Below, piece by piece: positions 50,110 through 63,232 of a stretch of DNA of 64,000 nucleotides. The notes beneath the pieces are model-generated. The model worked only from the letters and a program-made list of their open reading frames with translations, ran no database searches and was not told the origin of the DNA. This DNA comes from Squalus acanthias (taxonomy: Eukaryota), in contig CM059431.1 in NCBI GenBank assembly GCA_030390025.1, positions 133,922,001-133,986,000 on the forward strand. Direction: 5' to 3'. Every line of letters starts with the position of its first letter. Positions within the stretch are counted from its first letter, which is position 1. The translations under genes were made by a program, and so were the position numbers.

Positions 50110-51419
50110 TCTCTTCGGACCACAGTAAATTGATCTTTATTAATATAATCAATAATAAATTTTGTACAGCATTTTAAAATCTATTCTTATTTCTTACCAC
50201 TTTATGTTACATTGTAAAACGTATTGGTTTTAGTCTCACCCCATTTTTTTACTCAAATGTCTGTATTGGACAGTTGGTTGGGAATTTTAACTTCCAGGTG
50301 AGAAGGCGGCCTAGTAAGTGGTCGGCTCATCTGGGAGCAGCAGCATGAGGCTGATTTTAATGGTCAGGCCTCATTAACATGCTGCTGGCTGACTTCCTGA
50401 CTGAATCAGTAGTCAGGAGGAAGCGGTGGAGATTTGGACGGCTCAGAGACTGGTTGCTGAGCCCAAGACAAGTGCAAGGACAGGGGTTCTGGGTTGGTCA
50501 GCGGTTTATGAAGTGGCGGGGCGGGGGATGGCAGTGGAGGCCTACACTTTCCTTCCATGGCACTCCTGCTCCTCCTAGCCCCACAAAGGAAGGTTTAAAA
50601 CTTATCTGGAAAGGCCTCTTCGATCAACTGACCAGGTTTCAGCAGTCGCAGCTACTGCTGCAGGTGCCCTGCTTACTTCAGGGTAGAGATTGCGTTGCCC
50701 GATTTGCATAAATGTATGAGGCTCCCCCCTGACTCAAGCAGGCGCCTCATAGGCCTGAAAAATCAAGCATTTTAAAATTGTAACGAAGCGGGAACTCAGT
50801 GGGTATTTCATTTTAACTGTCCCACTTGGTCTTTTTCCATCCTTTTTCACATGCTTGTATGTTTATTTATATGTTCACGATTCCCTCTATATATGAAATG
50901 TAATAATCAAATCTTGGAACAATCTACATACAACATATCGCTGCAAAAAATGGACTAATTTAATAACCCCTGCATGCTGCTAATTGTGACAACAACCTAT
51001 AATAGTCTATTTAAAAGGGTAGTGCCATTTAAAAATATATGGGGCCATTAAGATACGTAGGGGGAAAAATTAGGTCGCGCCCCATTTGGGGCGCAATTAT
51101 CGTCTTGACGCAAATATTAGCGCCTGGCGCTAATTATCGCCACTGACTGGAAACTTCACTTTTACCGCCCCGGGAGGTGAGTGGAGCGCTAAATCAGGCG
51201 CTGCACACCTGTCTTAAGGTGCAAAGGCCGAGCAGTGAGGCGCTAACTCAGCGCGCGAGCGCAGCGCAGGTGCTGCCAGTTAGCGAGGGAACACAGACAC
51301 ACTGGCGCCGGCCACTTCTTAAAGCAGGGGGGGGCCAACTTGCTCCCCAGCCACACCCTGCTCATTGCAGCCTTGAATCTCGGCCTGGAGAGACCTGTGA
51401 ATCCATTTTGCTGCCAAGG

Positions 51420-53239
51420 ATGGAGAGGGTGAGAGAACGAGCTCATCGCTTCACCGAGCGGGCCTTGGATGCTCTGGTTGGCGCGGTGGAGCGCAGAAGA
51501 TGTATACACTTCCCTGAGAGTGGCAGGAGGCCTTTGCCACGCGAGTACAGAAGAGTGTGGAGGGAGGTGGCTCAGAGCGTCTCCTCCAGGAGCATGGTGC
51601 CCAGGACCCATGTTCAATGCCGCAAAAAGTTCAACGACCTCACTCGGGTCGTCAGGGTGAGTGGCTTTTTCTCAATACCTCTCCATCCCTCCATCTCAAC
51701 CTCACTCTATGGCCAGAGGGTCTTAAAACCCCAATGCACAACACTCATCCAACACCTATGGCCCTTTCATGAAACACACACACACATTCCACACTTTGCA
51801 TACAGTAAGGGCTATTCACCTATGGGAGGCACATCAGGCAAGACCATGGCTGCATACAGTAAGGGCTATTCACCTATGGGAGGCACATCAGGCAAGACCA
51901 TGGCTGTATATTTACTCAGATGCTGTCCTTTTTCTTACAGGCCAAGCTGGCGCATAATCGGAGACAGCAGCAACGGACAGGTGGAGGGCGGCCTCAGCTG
52001 CAACCCCTCAGCGATCTTGAGGAGCGCGTCCACAGGATTGTGGCAAGCCGGGTGATCGGTCCCGTCGCCACTGGAGACGCCGACCCCGTTCTGGACAGCA
52101 ATGGTAAGGTCATCACCTTTTTGTCCTCTGTCCTTCCACTTGTCCCTCACAACACCAGCCTTTGACACTTTCAATCCAACTTGCTAACTCGCTGCACTTA
52201 TTCCTCCCTTACTGCCACCCTGTCCTCACGCTAAAGCCACTCTTGTACCTCCCTGCTTTCAGATGGTGATTCACCAGCTGAGGAGACGGGCCCTGAAGCT
52301 GCCACTGGGAGTGAAGCTGCAGCCGAGGAGGAAGAGGAAGCCGGAGCATCAGTGCCACCCTCTCCCGAGGAAGCCCATGCCCACACTGGGAACACGCCTT
52401 CCCTGGAGGGGAGCAGGGGGGAAGGGGCTGATGAGGGTGAAGCTCCAGGACCCAGCGGGCTGCAGCAACGCCATGGGGGTAGGGAAGAACGGGGGCCTTC
52501 TCCCCAGAGGGAGAGTAGGCCAGAGACTCCTACTGCAATGGACGCAGAGGAGGAGCGGCTGATCGCAGAAATGAACACCCAGGCGGTGGGCATGCACACT
52601 GACCTCATGGGTGCAGTGGGAAGGGTGCCCGAATGCATTGAGTCAGTGGCAAGGAGTGTGGAGCACTTCGCTGTAGCATAGGCGGATGCCACACTAACGC
52701 TTAGTGCTGCAATTCAGTCACTGGCTGCCGTGATCCCATCTCTGACTGCTCTCATGCAGACTCAGATTGAGGCCATGCGAGCACAGACTGCTGCCAACCT
52801 CGATGGTTCGTTCACATGTCCCCGGGGCTCTCACCGCGCCGCAGCAGGCCAGCAATCTGTGCTCCAGCAGATTGCTCCGGATGCTGAAGTGCTGCCCCGT
52901 GGGAGTGCCAGTGTGTCGGGCGAGCAGGGAGTTGCTGTCCTCTCTCACGATGACAGCATTCCTGCTGCCAACACTGTCACTTCTCCACTGCACTTGCCAC
53001 CGCCTGTAGGACAGACTGCTGCCGCCCATGCAGAGTTGGTGCAGTCTGCAGCCGGGCCCTCCAGGCCCAGAACTGGTCGAGGCCGTCCTTCAGGGGCATC
53101 TGCAGTGTCAGGGTCTGACAATCAGCAGCCTTCCACCAGCCTTGCTGCAGCCACTGAGGTCCCATTACGGAGGAGCAATAGGGTTAGAAGGGGGGAAGTG
53201 CGCAAGGGAAGGAGATCACCCTCGAAGGGCAAAAAGTAG
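51420..53239 (+). pseudogene. Harbinger Myb/SANT-like DNA-binding gene, 3 exons (51420-51656, 51941-52103, 52263-53239), one in-frame TAG at 52679-81
   Basis: Encodes RFTERALDALV..W..VA..V...RT..QCRKKFNDL, then AKLAHNRRQQQRTGGG. GT-AG introns with consistent phases (0, 1). About 458 codons if the TAG is read through. Confidence 0.85.
51797..51906 (+). repeat. Perfect 54-bp tandem duplication in intron 1 of the Harbinger Myb gene
   Basis: TGCATACAGTAAGGGCTATTCACC...GACCATGGC occurs twice. Confidence 0.9.
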
Positions 53240-53551
53240 GAGGTGTGACAAAATGCTGGTCATTTTTTTATTAAAGGTCGAGGTTCATGGTCCAACTTTT
53301 GTTTAGTGTTTTGGACATTATCTCCAGGTTGTGAGAACCAGTTATGTTATTGACTGTTTTTTTGTGTTTATTTCTATGAGTTTGTCATGAGGAATTGACA
53401 CACACAGAGTTTGTAAAATAAATAAGTTTCTGTATTCAAAATATACATGGTTGGTGTTTGGAATTATTGGTGCCTTGGCCGGCTTAGGGGTTGCGTGCTG
53501 GGTTCATTGATGTTGTTAGCAATGGCAGAAGCCATTTCCACAGCAGGGGCC

Positions 53552-54703
53552 CTAGAAGCGGCTTGCTATTAGCCGTTGACGGACGGCCCTTGCAGTTTCA
53601 CCATTGTGGGCCGCCCTCCCGCCTTGGTGCTGCTGCTGATCATCCTCCTCGTCCTCTTCCTCCTCTTCCTCTGGTGGTGCTCCAAGGCCTGGTGGCATTG
53701 GCTGGGTCCTGACGATTGCCATGTTATGCAACATGCAGCACACAACTACGAAGTTGGATACTCGCTCAGGCGAGTACTGCAGGGCTCCTCCAGAATGGTC
53801 GAGACAGCGGAACCGTTGCTTCAGCACGCCGATTGTGCGCTCAATGATGTTCCTGGTAGCTTGATGGCTCTCATTGTACCGCAGCTCAGCAGGGGTGTTG
53901 GGCGTACGGAGCGGTGTCATCAGCCAGGTGCTCAATGCATATCCCTTGTCCCCGAGAAGCCAACCAACTGGCTGATGCGGTGCCTCGAAAAGTTCTGCCA
54001 CAGTAGTCTGGCGCAGGATAAAAGCATCATGGCAGCTTCCAGGATAGTGGGCATTGACAGCGAGTATCAGCTGTCTGTGGTCACAGACCAACTGAACATT
54101 CAAGGAATGGAACCCCTTTCTGTTCCGGAATTCCTCGGCATTCTCATGCGGAGCACGCAAAGCCACATGCGTGCAGTCAATGGCGCCCTGCACCATGGGG
54201 AAGCCCGCTATCCTCGCAAAGCCCAGAGCGCGGTCACGCTGCTTGTCTGGGGTCATGGGGAAAGAGATGAACTCTCGTCTCCTTTTAAAGAGGGCATTTG
54301 TGACCTGCCGGATGCAGCAATGCACCGCGAACTGGGAGATATTGGCGAGGTCCCCAGCAGCAGCTTGAAATGAGCCAGTAGCGTAGAAGTTGAGAGCCAC
54401 TGTGACCTTCACTGCCACCGACAGAGACGTCCTGGACCTCAGTTGAGGCTGCAGATCTGGCTGCAGCAGGTGGCAGAGCTCAGTGACCACCTCCTTGCTG
54501 AATCGCAGCCTTCGCAAACACAGCTCCTCAGACATATGAATGTAGGAGAGCTGTTCACGATATACCCTGGGAGGGTAAGCTCTCCTGTACATACGCCTGT
54601 TGGCCCTCCTCCATCTGGCCATCATTGCCACTCTCTCTCTGCGTCTCTGTGTCCTCCGATTCAGCTGGAGCAGGACGACACCCCCAATCAGTGCAGCCCC
54701 CAT
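53552..54703 (-). CDS. Harbinger (HARBI1-like) DDE transposase, 383 aa, uninterrupted
   Basis: ATG at 54703. Motifs GAIDCTH, NRKGFHSLNVQLVCD, YPGSCHDAFIL, LLGDKGY and IERTIGVLKQRFRCL, followed by an acidic tail. Confidence 0.93.
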   Translation of the reverse strand: MGAALIGGVVLLQLNRRTQRRRERVAMMARWRRANRRMYRRAYPPRVYREQLSYIHMSEELCLRRLRFSKEVVTELCHLLQPDLQPQLRSRTSLSVAVKVTVALNFYATGSFQAAAGDLANISQFAVHCCIRQVTNALFKRRREFISFPMTPDKQRDRALGFARIAGFPMVQGAIDCTHVALRAPHENAEEFRNRKGFHSLNVQLVCDHRQLILAVNAHYPGSCHDAFILRQTTVAELFEAPHQPVGWLLGDKGYALSTWLMTPLRTPNTPAELRYNESHQATRNIIERTIGVLKQRFRCLDHSGGALQYSPERVSNFVVVCCMLHNMAIVRTQPMPPGLGAPPEEEEEEDEEDDQQQHQGGRAAHNGETARAVRQRLIASRF

Positions 54704-57599
54704 AGTCTCTTTGCAAGCAAAGTAATGAAGGACAGCAACTAAAGTACTAGCGAAGTTAGGATCAGTAGGCCAAACTACCTCACAAAGCATTGAGTCAATG
54801 CAGAAGTCTCTCTTTCTCTCTCTCCGAATCTCTCTCTCTCTCTCAGAACGAGTGGTGCAAAAATGTCAACCACAGAAAAAGATAGGAAGAGGCCCCCTTT
54901 AAATAGCGCCCCCCCCCCAGCCCCACAGCGATTGATAGCGTTCCAGTCTTCCGGTCGTTGGATGCGCCAGGCGGTAAGGCAGGGGGCGCCACTCAATTTC
55001 CGCTCCGGGGCGCCACAAGAGCATTGCACCATGGAATGACGTCACAATCTGCGCGCGCAGGTGGTCGCAGCGGTAAAGTTTAGCGCCGCCGCACAATCTC
55101 TAGTTAAGTTCCCGAGCGGCGCAAACATCGCTGCGCCCAGGCGTTAGCGGATTTGCGCCCCATTAGCGCCCTCTTAAGGCGCTAACGGGAGGTGCAACCA
55201 ACTGAATTTTTACCCCGTAGAGTCCACAGGGATTGTCCTCAGTAACCTAATTCAATGGTATTTCCAGCACATAGTGCATGACATGCTGGAATGATACTGA
55301 GATTTCAGGGGCAGGATTTCCATTACCAGCAGCTCCTGAAGGGATTCTGCCACCTCTGAAAGCTGCAGTTAAGATTGAAATGACTGAGTGCAGTGATCAG
55401 GTACTGAAGGTCCTGCAGTGAAGGACAATTTGATTTGAAGTGAAGGACCACCCAACAATAAGGAGTACTGCCAGAGCAGCATGGTTGGACGTGACAGAAC
55501 ATGTCAATGCAGTCCCACTTGTGGCCTGTACTGGGAGAACATGAGGAAGGAATCTTTTGACCTACGCAAGGTTGCCAAGGTAAGTGAACAACACACATGA
55601 GCCAGTGATCAGATCAGTAGCACCCATGATTGCAAAAGCTTATACCCTCAGTAGATACATATCTGCTGCAGCACAAATTTCCTGAAACAAAATAGAAATG
55701 ATTGGAGCAGGTTGCAGGACCTCTGTGTCCCAGTTTTACATATTCTGAATTTGGACTGTTAAATTCTCATTTTCATAAAATATAAGTTTTCAAATTGTAC
55801 TTCGATACTTCACATTTCTTAGTACATCAGGTCTGTCACGTTAACACAATGGTGGTGGGGGGGGAGACAGGAGACCTCAGCAACATCACTATTTTCCCTT
55901 TTAGCTTAGTTTTCTTCTCCCATTGCATGACAGCTTTACTACAGGAACAGAAATATCTGTATGGTACCTGTCTGTACACATTCTGGCTTCCTGAAGAGTC
56001 TTGCATCAGGTACCACAGATATGACAACCATGAAACCTAGGATTCACATTTAGTATTAAAAATAAATCTAGTTTCCTCCTGGAGGTAGGAGAATCCAAGT
56101 TATGTAGTCATAAAATAGGGCCAAATGGGCAAGTTGTTTGTGAAGGATAGGTCCTGCATAGACTGTAGTTGGGATTTTGATTTACAGGGAAGCCCAGTTT
56201 CGCTAAAAGGCTCAAGATCTGTTGGATAGCTGGCTGAACAGATTCTAGGGAGGAACTCGCTAATAAATTAATCATCTAGCTAAGGAGACACTAACATTGA
56301 TAGGGATTTTATGTATTAGGAGCCAATGTCCATCATGCGCTTGGAAACGGGCCACATCACCCAATAGGCTGAGGACCTGGACAAAACTAGTACTGCTGGA
56401 GAGACCTGTCCCCTTCATTTGGATGAAGATGACTATGAAAGCATCTTATGCTGGTAGGAAAACCACCTCTACAGTGAACCTGAAATCTTCTGTATAATTC
56501 TTAATTCCAATGTGAAAGTTATGTGATCCACATTGCTAGCTTGGCTCATGGATATACCAGGGCAGATATTGGTCTCCAGTGGTCAAACCAGTGGGAAGCA
56601 GGCATAACAGTGAGAATAATACCCACCAGAGTTGCTGAACACAGCTGAGTTTCCAGGTTCAGCTAATTTACATATAGTGAACGAGCTGCAGGCTTGAGTC
56701 ACTCCTGGGACTGGCAGCTTAATCATTAGGGGGTGGGAAATCAGAAGCTTAAAGGGGCATTGCTGTCCAAAATTAACAAAGGTTCAGAAGTAGGATTGTA
56801 AGTGAGCAGCCATGTCAATGAGTGGCAGGGTGTTTTGCCTTTCTGAAAGGCAGTAGAAATTTTTATTGGACCTAGTGCAGCAGAGGAGGAAAGACCTCTT
56901 CCCTGTGGATGGTCACCATTTTCACAGTGTGTTGATCAGGAAGCATGAAGGAGTTGGTGAACAAAGTAGGAGACACGAATTAAACCTCCATTAAAGTAGT
57001 TTCAAATCTGAAGGTCATTCTCTGTACTTTAATTGAGGCTGCTCTTACTTGAGTCAGTCGGTGTGTTGAGACAGAGCCCAGTAGCAGGGGTCAGGCGTGT
57101 CATGGCTATAAATGAGGTGTTGATCTCACTAGATAACAAGACACAGTATCTTTTCACCACCCTCATCCAATAATTGCATGTTCCAAAAAATGTGCAGGGG
57201 TAGACTGCTGAAGTTGTGCAGCCAGGCAATCTCAGGCCCGTGCTCACAGCTGTCAACAACTACAACCATCTGAGGAACCATTAACAGAAACACATCAAAC
57301 AGTTACCTCCAATCCTCCAGCAACTGGGGCTGCACATCGAAGCAGCACTAGATTTGGTAATACAGTACATCAGATACCCAAGGATAAACACCAAGGTGTA
57401 ATATAGTAGAGAGGCGTACAGATCATACATAGGGAAATAAAATTTGATGCCATTTGTGATGGTATTGTATATTACAACATAAGGTGAAATAAATGGTATG
57501 CTTGACAGTGGGGAATATGGTCAAATCTCTGTGAGGTGAGGGTGTTTTTGGTGAAATGATGAAGCTGTATATAGGGCTGTTCAAGCAAGGGATCTACGG

Positions 57600-58560
57600 T
57601 GTAATTATGTGAAAAACTCCTGAATCAAATTCTGATGGACAACTCTGGTAGCTGTGGGTCAGGAGCAGCTTTTTCAATCTTGTGTATGTTTTCACGCTCA
57701 GAAGGCTGAGGGGCCTCGTTCCCAACAGCACCGCGTTTACTTTGCATTTGCAAAGTTGTGCAGCAAACTGCAAACCACATTAATGCATGGCACTTAGGTT
57801 GTATTACAGGAATATCAAGGCATCTGAACTTTTGCTTCACCATTCCTACAAGGTGTACAATGACAGCCATGCATGGACCTTATTATATCTGTGTTCAGCA
57901 GGAGCACATAGATGCCACACACACGTTATAAACCAGGGCTGTGATGGGTACCTTGCACTTTGTTTCCAGGTTCAAACAATGAAATAACATGACTCCTTTG
58001 GAAAAGCGGACTTTCACCTTCAGGATCCTGTATAGATGGTCATAGACTAACTGCACATTGATCAAGTAGCAGCTTTTGCAATCCATGAAGGCTCCACAAT
58101 TGTGAAGAACACTCAGGGCTACATGTGGCAATCGAGGACACCATCGACTTTGGGAAATCTTACAATTTAAGCAAAACTTGTTTGCAAGTGTCCATTGAGA
58201 AAATGATATTTTGTTTATTCTGGCAAACAATGCATCAGCAGACTATTTTATGCTTGTATGGACTGCAAGTTATCTGATGTTTCTCAAGTCCCCTGTGGTA
58301 ACCTGAAAGGAACACAGAACAAAAAATATTCAGGAATGTAGTGGCCTATACTGCACGAGGCATCGCCATGCTTGCCCTGGTTGTTGGCTGCAGGTCATCT
58401 TGCAGCCTGCGACACAACTGTATCAGTGCCTCCCTGGTAAAGTGTAGTCTTCACATGCATTCCTTCTACTACCTGATCTTGCTTTACTAGTATCCTTGGA
58501 ATTCCTCCTCCTCTTATTAAAAAAAAGTAAAGAGGGGTTCCAATAGGGACACCCATAATC
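57600..58560 (-). mobile_element. Highly decayed Harbinger transposase
   Basis: Fragments INVQLVYDH and GMVKQKFRCLD. Confidence 0.6.
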
Positions 58561-58721
58561 CAAAGAATTAGAAAGTTTGCCAAAATCCCTACCTACAAAC
58601 CTCTTTCACACAAAGAATGGAGAATAGTAATAAAAATTAATTCAGAAGAACAAAAAAAAGGTTCAGAACACATTGGCTAATACCAGTTTGTCCTGTAAAT
58701 GCTTTGGCACTCAAATGTTAA

Positions 58722-59581
58722 GGCCGCGATTTTGCGTTCATGTCGGGATGGGGGCGGGTCAGCTGGTTTCCGGGTTCCGATCCTGCCCCCAGCTGCCTCC
58801 GCTCCACAGACGTGATTTTCCCTTGATTGACCTTGTTAAGCCCGCCCTGCGGGCTTACCGGCCAATTAACAGGAAGCGGGTCTGATGACGTCATTTGATG
58901 ACGCGTCATCTGCCGGTTTCCTTAAAGGGACCATGCACAATTTTATTTTGACAGTTGATTTCTCAGTATTTGACAGCATTGAGGTGCTGAAAACACTGAC
59001 AATCACTGCACAAAGGTAACCTCTTGCACCCAGGCTCTTCAATGACTCCCTCCATATGCTGGAATAGATGGCAGCTGCAGGTGAGGTGACAGAAGCTATC
59101 TGTCACTGGTGAGAGAGGTTCTCCCAATAAGGTGGCACTGGACATGTAGTTGGATTTAAAAACTTGTAAGGTAAAGAAATCTGTATATGTTTTAAAAATG
59201 CAGTAACCAACATTTTCTTTGCTCTGAAACTCACCATGTGCAACATTGCATCCTTCACACCACTTCTGCAGCTGTCATCTTTTCACAAACATTACGCCAG
59301 ACTCACAACACGCCACACTTACCTGGCGTGGTGTCCGGACATCATGAAACCCGACCCAGAAGCGGGAAAATCGAAAAACAGGTTGAACACTGCTGACAAG
59401 TACCTGTTAATAAGCAGGTAATTGCCTTTAATTCGTTTCCCGCCGCTAGGTCTCGAGTCCATTCACAAATCGGGAACCCGACACTTGGAAAGGCTGTTTG
59501 GAGGCGGGTTGGGGACCCACCGTCAATCAATAGGACTTTAACCTCTGACCCGCCTCTCTGAGCGCCGGTAAAATTGCGGCC
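58722..59581. mobile_element. Non-autonomous Harbinger/Tourist-like element (860 bp)
   Basis: TIRs GGCCGCGATTTT / AAAATTGCGGCC with a canonical TAA TSD on both sides. Confidence 0.82.
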
Positions 59582-59665
59582 TAAGCCTTGGATCTCTGGA
59601 TGCACAAGTTATATGGGCATGATGAGGAACTGGTGTAATCATGTCAGAAACAACACAAAATCATA

Positions 59666-61710
59666 GGCCTTGATTTTAACCCTCCGCCGACAGGCAAGAA
59701 AGGATAGGGTGAGGGGTTAAAATGCCAGAAATGCCGATCCCGCCTTCAAACTGCCGTGTTCCCGGATGCCGCAATATTAGCGGCGACAAGTATCTGGGTC
59801 AACGAGTCTCCCGCTGTAGAGAGACGGAAGGCTTATAAAAATATGTAAATCGGGGTCCTATGATGCAATCAGGACCCTGATGTTATTTTAACTAGTGCAG
59901 CACGGGTTTCATGCAGGTTGGCAAGGTCACATGAGGAATGCTGATGGGGTTGGTTGCAACTTGATCAATGTGGTGAAAGTAAAGGATGCCTGATCTGAAT
60001 AAAGCTGCTGACTCACAGGTGCTGTCTCAACTCATTGAGTGCTGTGATAACTGTTTGCTGATTGTGGTTTTGATACTCATTGTTGGAAAATAGAGAATTT
60101 GATTATGCAGCTGCTATAGCTGCACTCTCTTGGAATGAAGAAGAGGAGTAAGAGGAGCAGTAGCAGCAAGGGTGTGCTGAAGGAGTTGTTGCAGGTGGAC
60201 AGCAGAGAAAGCAGCACCAAATGGGGCATGCTTGCAGAAGGCCTTACCCACCTAACAGGCTGTACTGACAGAGTCTCAGCTTCATTGATCTGTCTGAGGA
60301 GCAGTGCTTCAGGAGGCTTTGACTGTCAAGGCAAATGGTCGCGAATCTGTGCAGCCTCCGCAAGGAAGGCCTCATGCCTGCTGGACCTGGCAGCCATGCC
60401 ATGCCTGTGGCACTGAAAGGGAGCACCGCCCTCAACTTTTACACCTCTGGATCCTTCCAGGCTGCCACAGGGGGCATATCGAGGGTGTCGCAGTCAGGCA
60501 TCCACAAATACATCAGGCAGGTGACCGATGCATTATTTGCCAGGGCTAGTCAATATATCTCCTTTCCAATTGATGAAAACAGGCAAACCGAGAGAGCATT
60601 GGGGTTTGCAACTCTGGCTGGCTTTACATAAGTGCAGGATGCCTTAGACTGCACACACGTAACCATCAGGGCACCCCCCTGGCCAGCCAGGAGCCTTTGT
60701 TAACTGCAAGGGTTTCTACTCAATTAATGCTCAGCTTGTCTGCAACCACAAGAAGAGGTTCATACAGCTGTGTGCCCGATACCAGGAAGCTGCCATTATG
60801 ACAGTCTCATATCCCCACCATGTTTCGCCCTGCGATCAGTCTTAATGGATGGCTGCCTTCTACCATGGCACATTACACATCTTCAGAACCCCACTACTCC
60901 ACAGCAAGGCAGGTACAACAGCAGCCACAAGGTGTGCCACAGAGCAGGCCATTGGGATACTCAAGTTGATGTTCAGCTGTCATGACAGGTCTGCAGGCTC
61001 CTAGCAATATTCGCCAGCCAGAGTTTCCATAATAGTTGTGGCATGTTATGTCCTGTACAACATCACTCAACAAAGGGGACAGGAGGTGGAGGATGAAGAA
61101 AGCTTGCAGGACCCATCGTCTGATGAAGAAGAGAATGGTGACGAGGAAGATGGAGGACAGCACACACATCTTGTAGCTCGTCGTTTCACTTAGACATCTG
61201 TAACCTCTACCACTCTTGCGTGACAAGACCCCCTTGCACAAACAGTTCTGCAACCCTTACTCCATTGCCTTGACATCCTCCAATTTGTGACTGTGAAAAT
61301 ATTGCTCTGACTTTCACACCTATGATCCTGATATTGCCTTCAAATCATGGAGCACAAAAGAATGTAAAAGTGACAAAGGTTTTAATGTGCTCCACGTTTC
61401 AAATCATAAAAAGCCAATTATTGAAACACCGAAATGTTAACCCTCAGTGATCTATTTAGCTGTGCACTTCCTATTTCTACAACTTCGACAAGGTGCTACC
61501 GCAGTGGCTTGAACAGAGATGGTGGTAGGTTGCTGTGTATTTTCCTTAGTCTCCTGTGATGCTCGCGGCCGACGACCTCTGGGTGCTGGAGCCCGAGGGC
61601 CAAGCCGCTGACTGCACCACCTGCACTTCTGTAGGGGCAGGCTGGGCCAGCTAGATTTCAGGCACCATGTCGGGTGTTGGTTGAGGGGGCAGCAATGGAT
61701 GAGACATAGA
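59666..61710 (+). mobile_element. Decayed Harbinger element
   Basis: Starts GGCCTTGATTTT. Motifs ALNFYTSGSFQAATG and ALDCTHV with stops and frameshifts. Confidence 0.75.
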
Positions 61711-61849
61711 CGTCCTGCAAAAGGTCTGCATGTACTTCACCTATTGTGCCAATCTCCCTCCCCTGGGGCAATGGCACAGCAGTCCTGCAGGTCTGTGGGA
61801 GAGCATACTGGAGGAGATACGCTATACCTTGGAAGCCCCGATCTACTCT

Positions 61850-63232
61850 GTCCACCAACTTATCTAAGGTGAACAGATTTTGGAGCCCAGAGTCTGCATA
61901 GTTGCCGTATGACATTTCTGCAGCTACCGATCTGCTCAACCACACCCTCACTACTATCTTTGATGCCCTAGTCCCTACTAAAACAATTACTCTCTCTCAC
62001 CCTGGCTGCTCCCCCTGGTATGGCTCTCATCTTCGCTCCCTTAAGTCCAAGGGACGCAGACTTGAATGGATATTGCAAACAACTGGTTTAGCCATTCACC
62101 GCCAGATCTGGCTGGACCACATAAAGCATTATCGGGCCCTGCTCTCATCTTCCAAAATTGCTCACTATTCCAGAATCATTCTGGAATCCCAAGATAAACC
62201 CTGACTCCTATTCTCTACTGCTAACCGTCTCCTTAAACCCCTCTCCCCTGTCTCCTCCACCCTCACCTACGATAACAAGTGTGAGGAGCTCATGGACTTC
62301 GTTGTCTCTAAGATTGAGACCATCCGTTCAGCTGCCTCTGCCACTTCCCTTCCTTCCCCATGCCCACTGGGCCAAACTTCCTCTAAGGTTCCCCCCTGCC
62401 CTAGCCCTGAACTCATATCTTTCTCCAGTTTCTCTCCGATCTCCCCTCATGACCTCTCCACGCTCATCTTGTCCATGAGACCCACCTCCTGCTCCCTCGA
62501 CCCTATTCCCACCAAACTGCTGACCACCCAACTTCCATTTCTGGCTCCCATGTTAGCTGACATTGTTAACGGTTCTCTCTCCTCAGGTACTGTCCCCCTC
62601 TCCCTCAAATCTGCCGTCATCACCCCCTCCTCAAAAAGCCAACCCTTGACCCTCCGTCCTTGCAAACTACCGCTCTATCTCCAACCTCCCTTTCCTCTCC
62701 AAAGTCCTTGAAAGTGTTGTCGCCTCCCAAATCCATGCCCATCTTTCCCGTGATTCCATGTTTGAATCCCTCCAATCAGGTTTCCGTCCTTGCCACAGTA
62801 CCGAAACAGCTCTCATCAAAGTCACAAATGACATCCTTTGTGACTGTGACAAAGGTAAACGATCCCTCCTCGTCCTTCTTGACTTGTCTGCAGCCTTTGA
62901 CATGGTAGACCACTCCATCCTTCTCCATCATCTCTCCACCGTCGTCCAGCTGGGTGGGACTGCACTCGCCTGCTTCCATTCTTATCTATCTAATCGTAGC
63001 CAGAGAATCACCTGCAATGTCTTCTCTTCCCGCTCCCACATCGTTATCTCTGGTGTCCCCCAAGGATCTATCCTTGGCCCCCTCCTATTTCTCATCTACA
63101 TGTTGCCCCTTGGCGAAATCATCCGAAAACACAGCGTCAGTTTCCACATGTACGCTGACGACACCCAGCTCTACCTCACTACCTCTTCTCTTGACCCCTC
63201 CACGGTGTCTAAATTGTCAGATTGCTTGTCCA
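61850..63232 (+). mobile_element. L2 LINE ORF2 fragment
   Basis: Motifs LDPIPT, QSGFRPCHSTETAL, LLDLSAAFD, QGSILGP and YADDTQLY. Confidence 0.9.

Larger units (their letters stand above)
51060..55216. mobile_element. Full-length PIF/Harbinger DNA transposon (~4.16 kb)
   Basis: TIRs GGGGGAAAAATT / AATTTTTACCCC (1 mismatch). 3-bp TSD GTA at 51057-59 and 55217-19. Contains convergent Myb/SANT and DDE transposase genes. Confidence 0.92.

Noticed and set aside
50278..50830. Further MITE-like GC-rich patches (also ~8385-8600, 40407-40556, 56560-56770)
   Set aside because: They are probably decayed Harbinger MITEs, but I could not establish both TIRs and a TSD.
53552..54790. Domesticated host gene HARBI1
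   Set aside because: The ORF is enclosed by TIRs and a TSD with a partner Myb gene, and related decayed copies lie nearby. It is a transposon gene.
55323..55682. Upstream host exon (minus-strand acceptor near 55682; plus-strand GTAAGT at 55579)
   Set aside because: All minus frames close shortly after the acceptor and I see no DZIP1 similarity.
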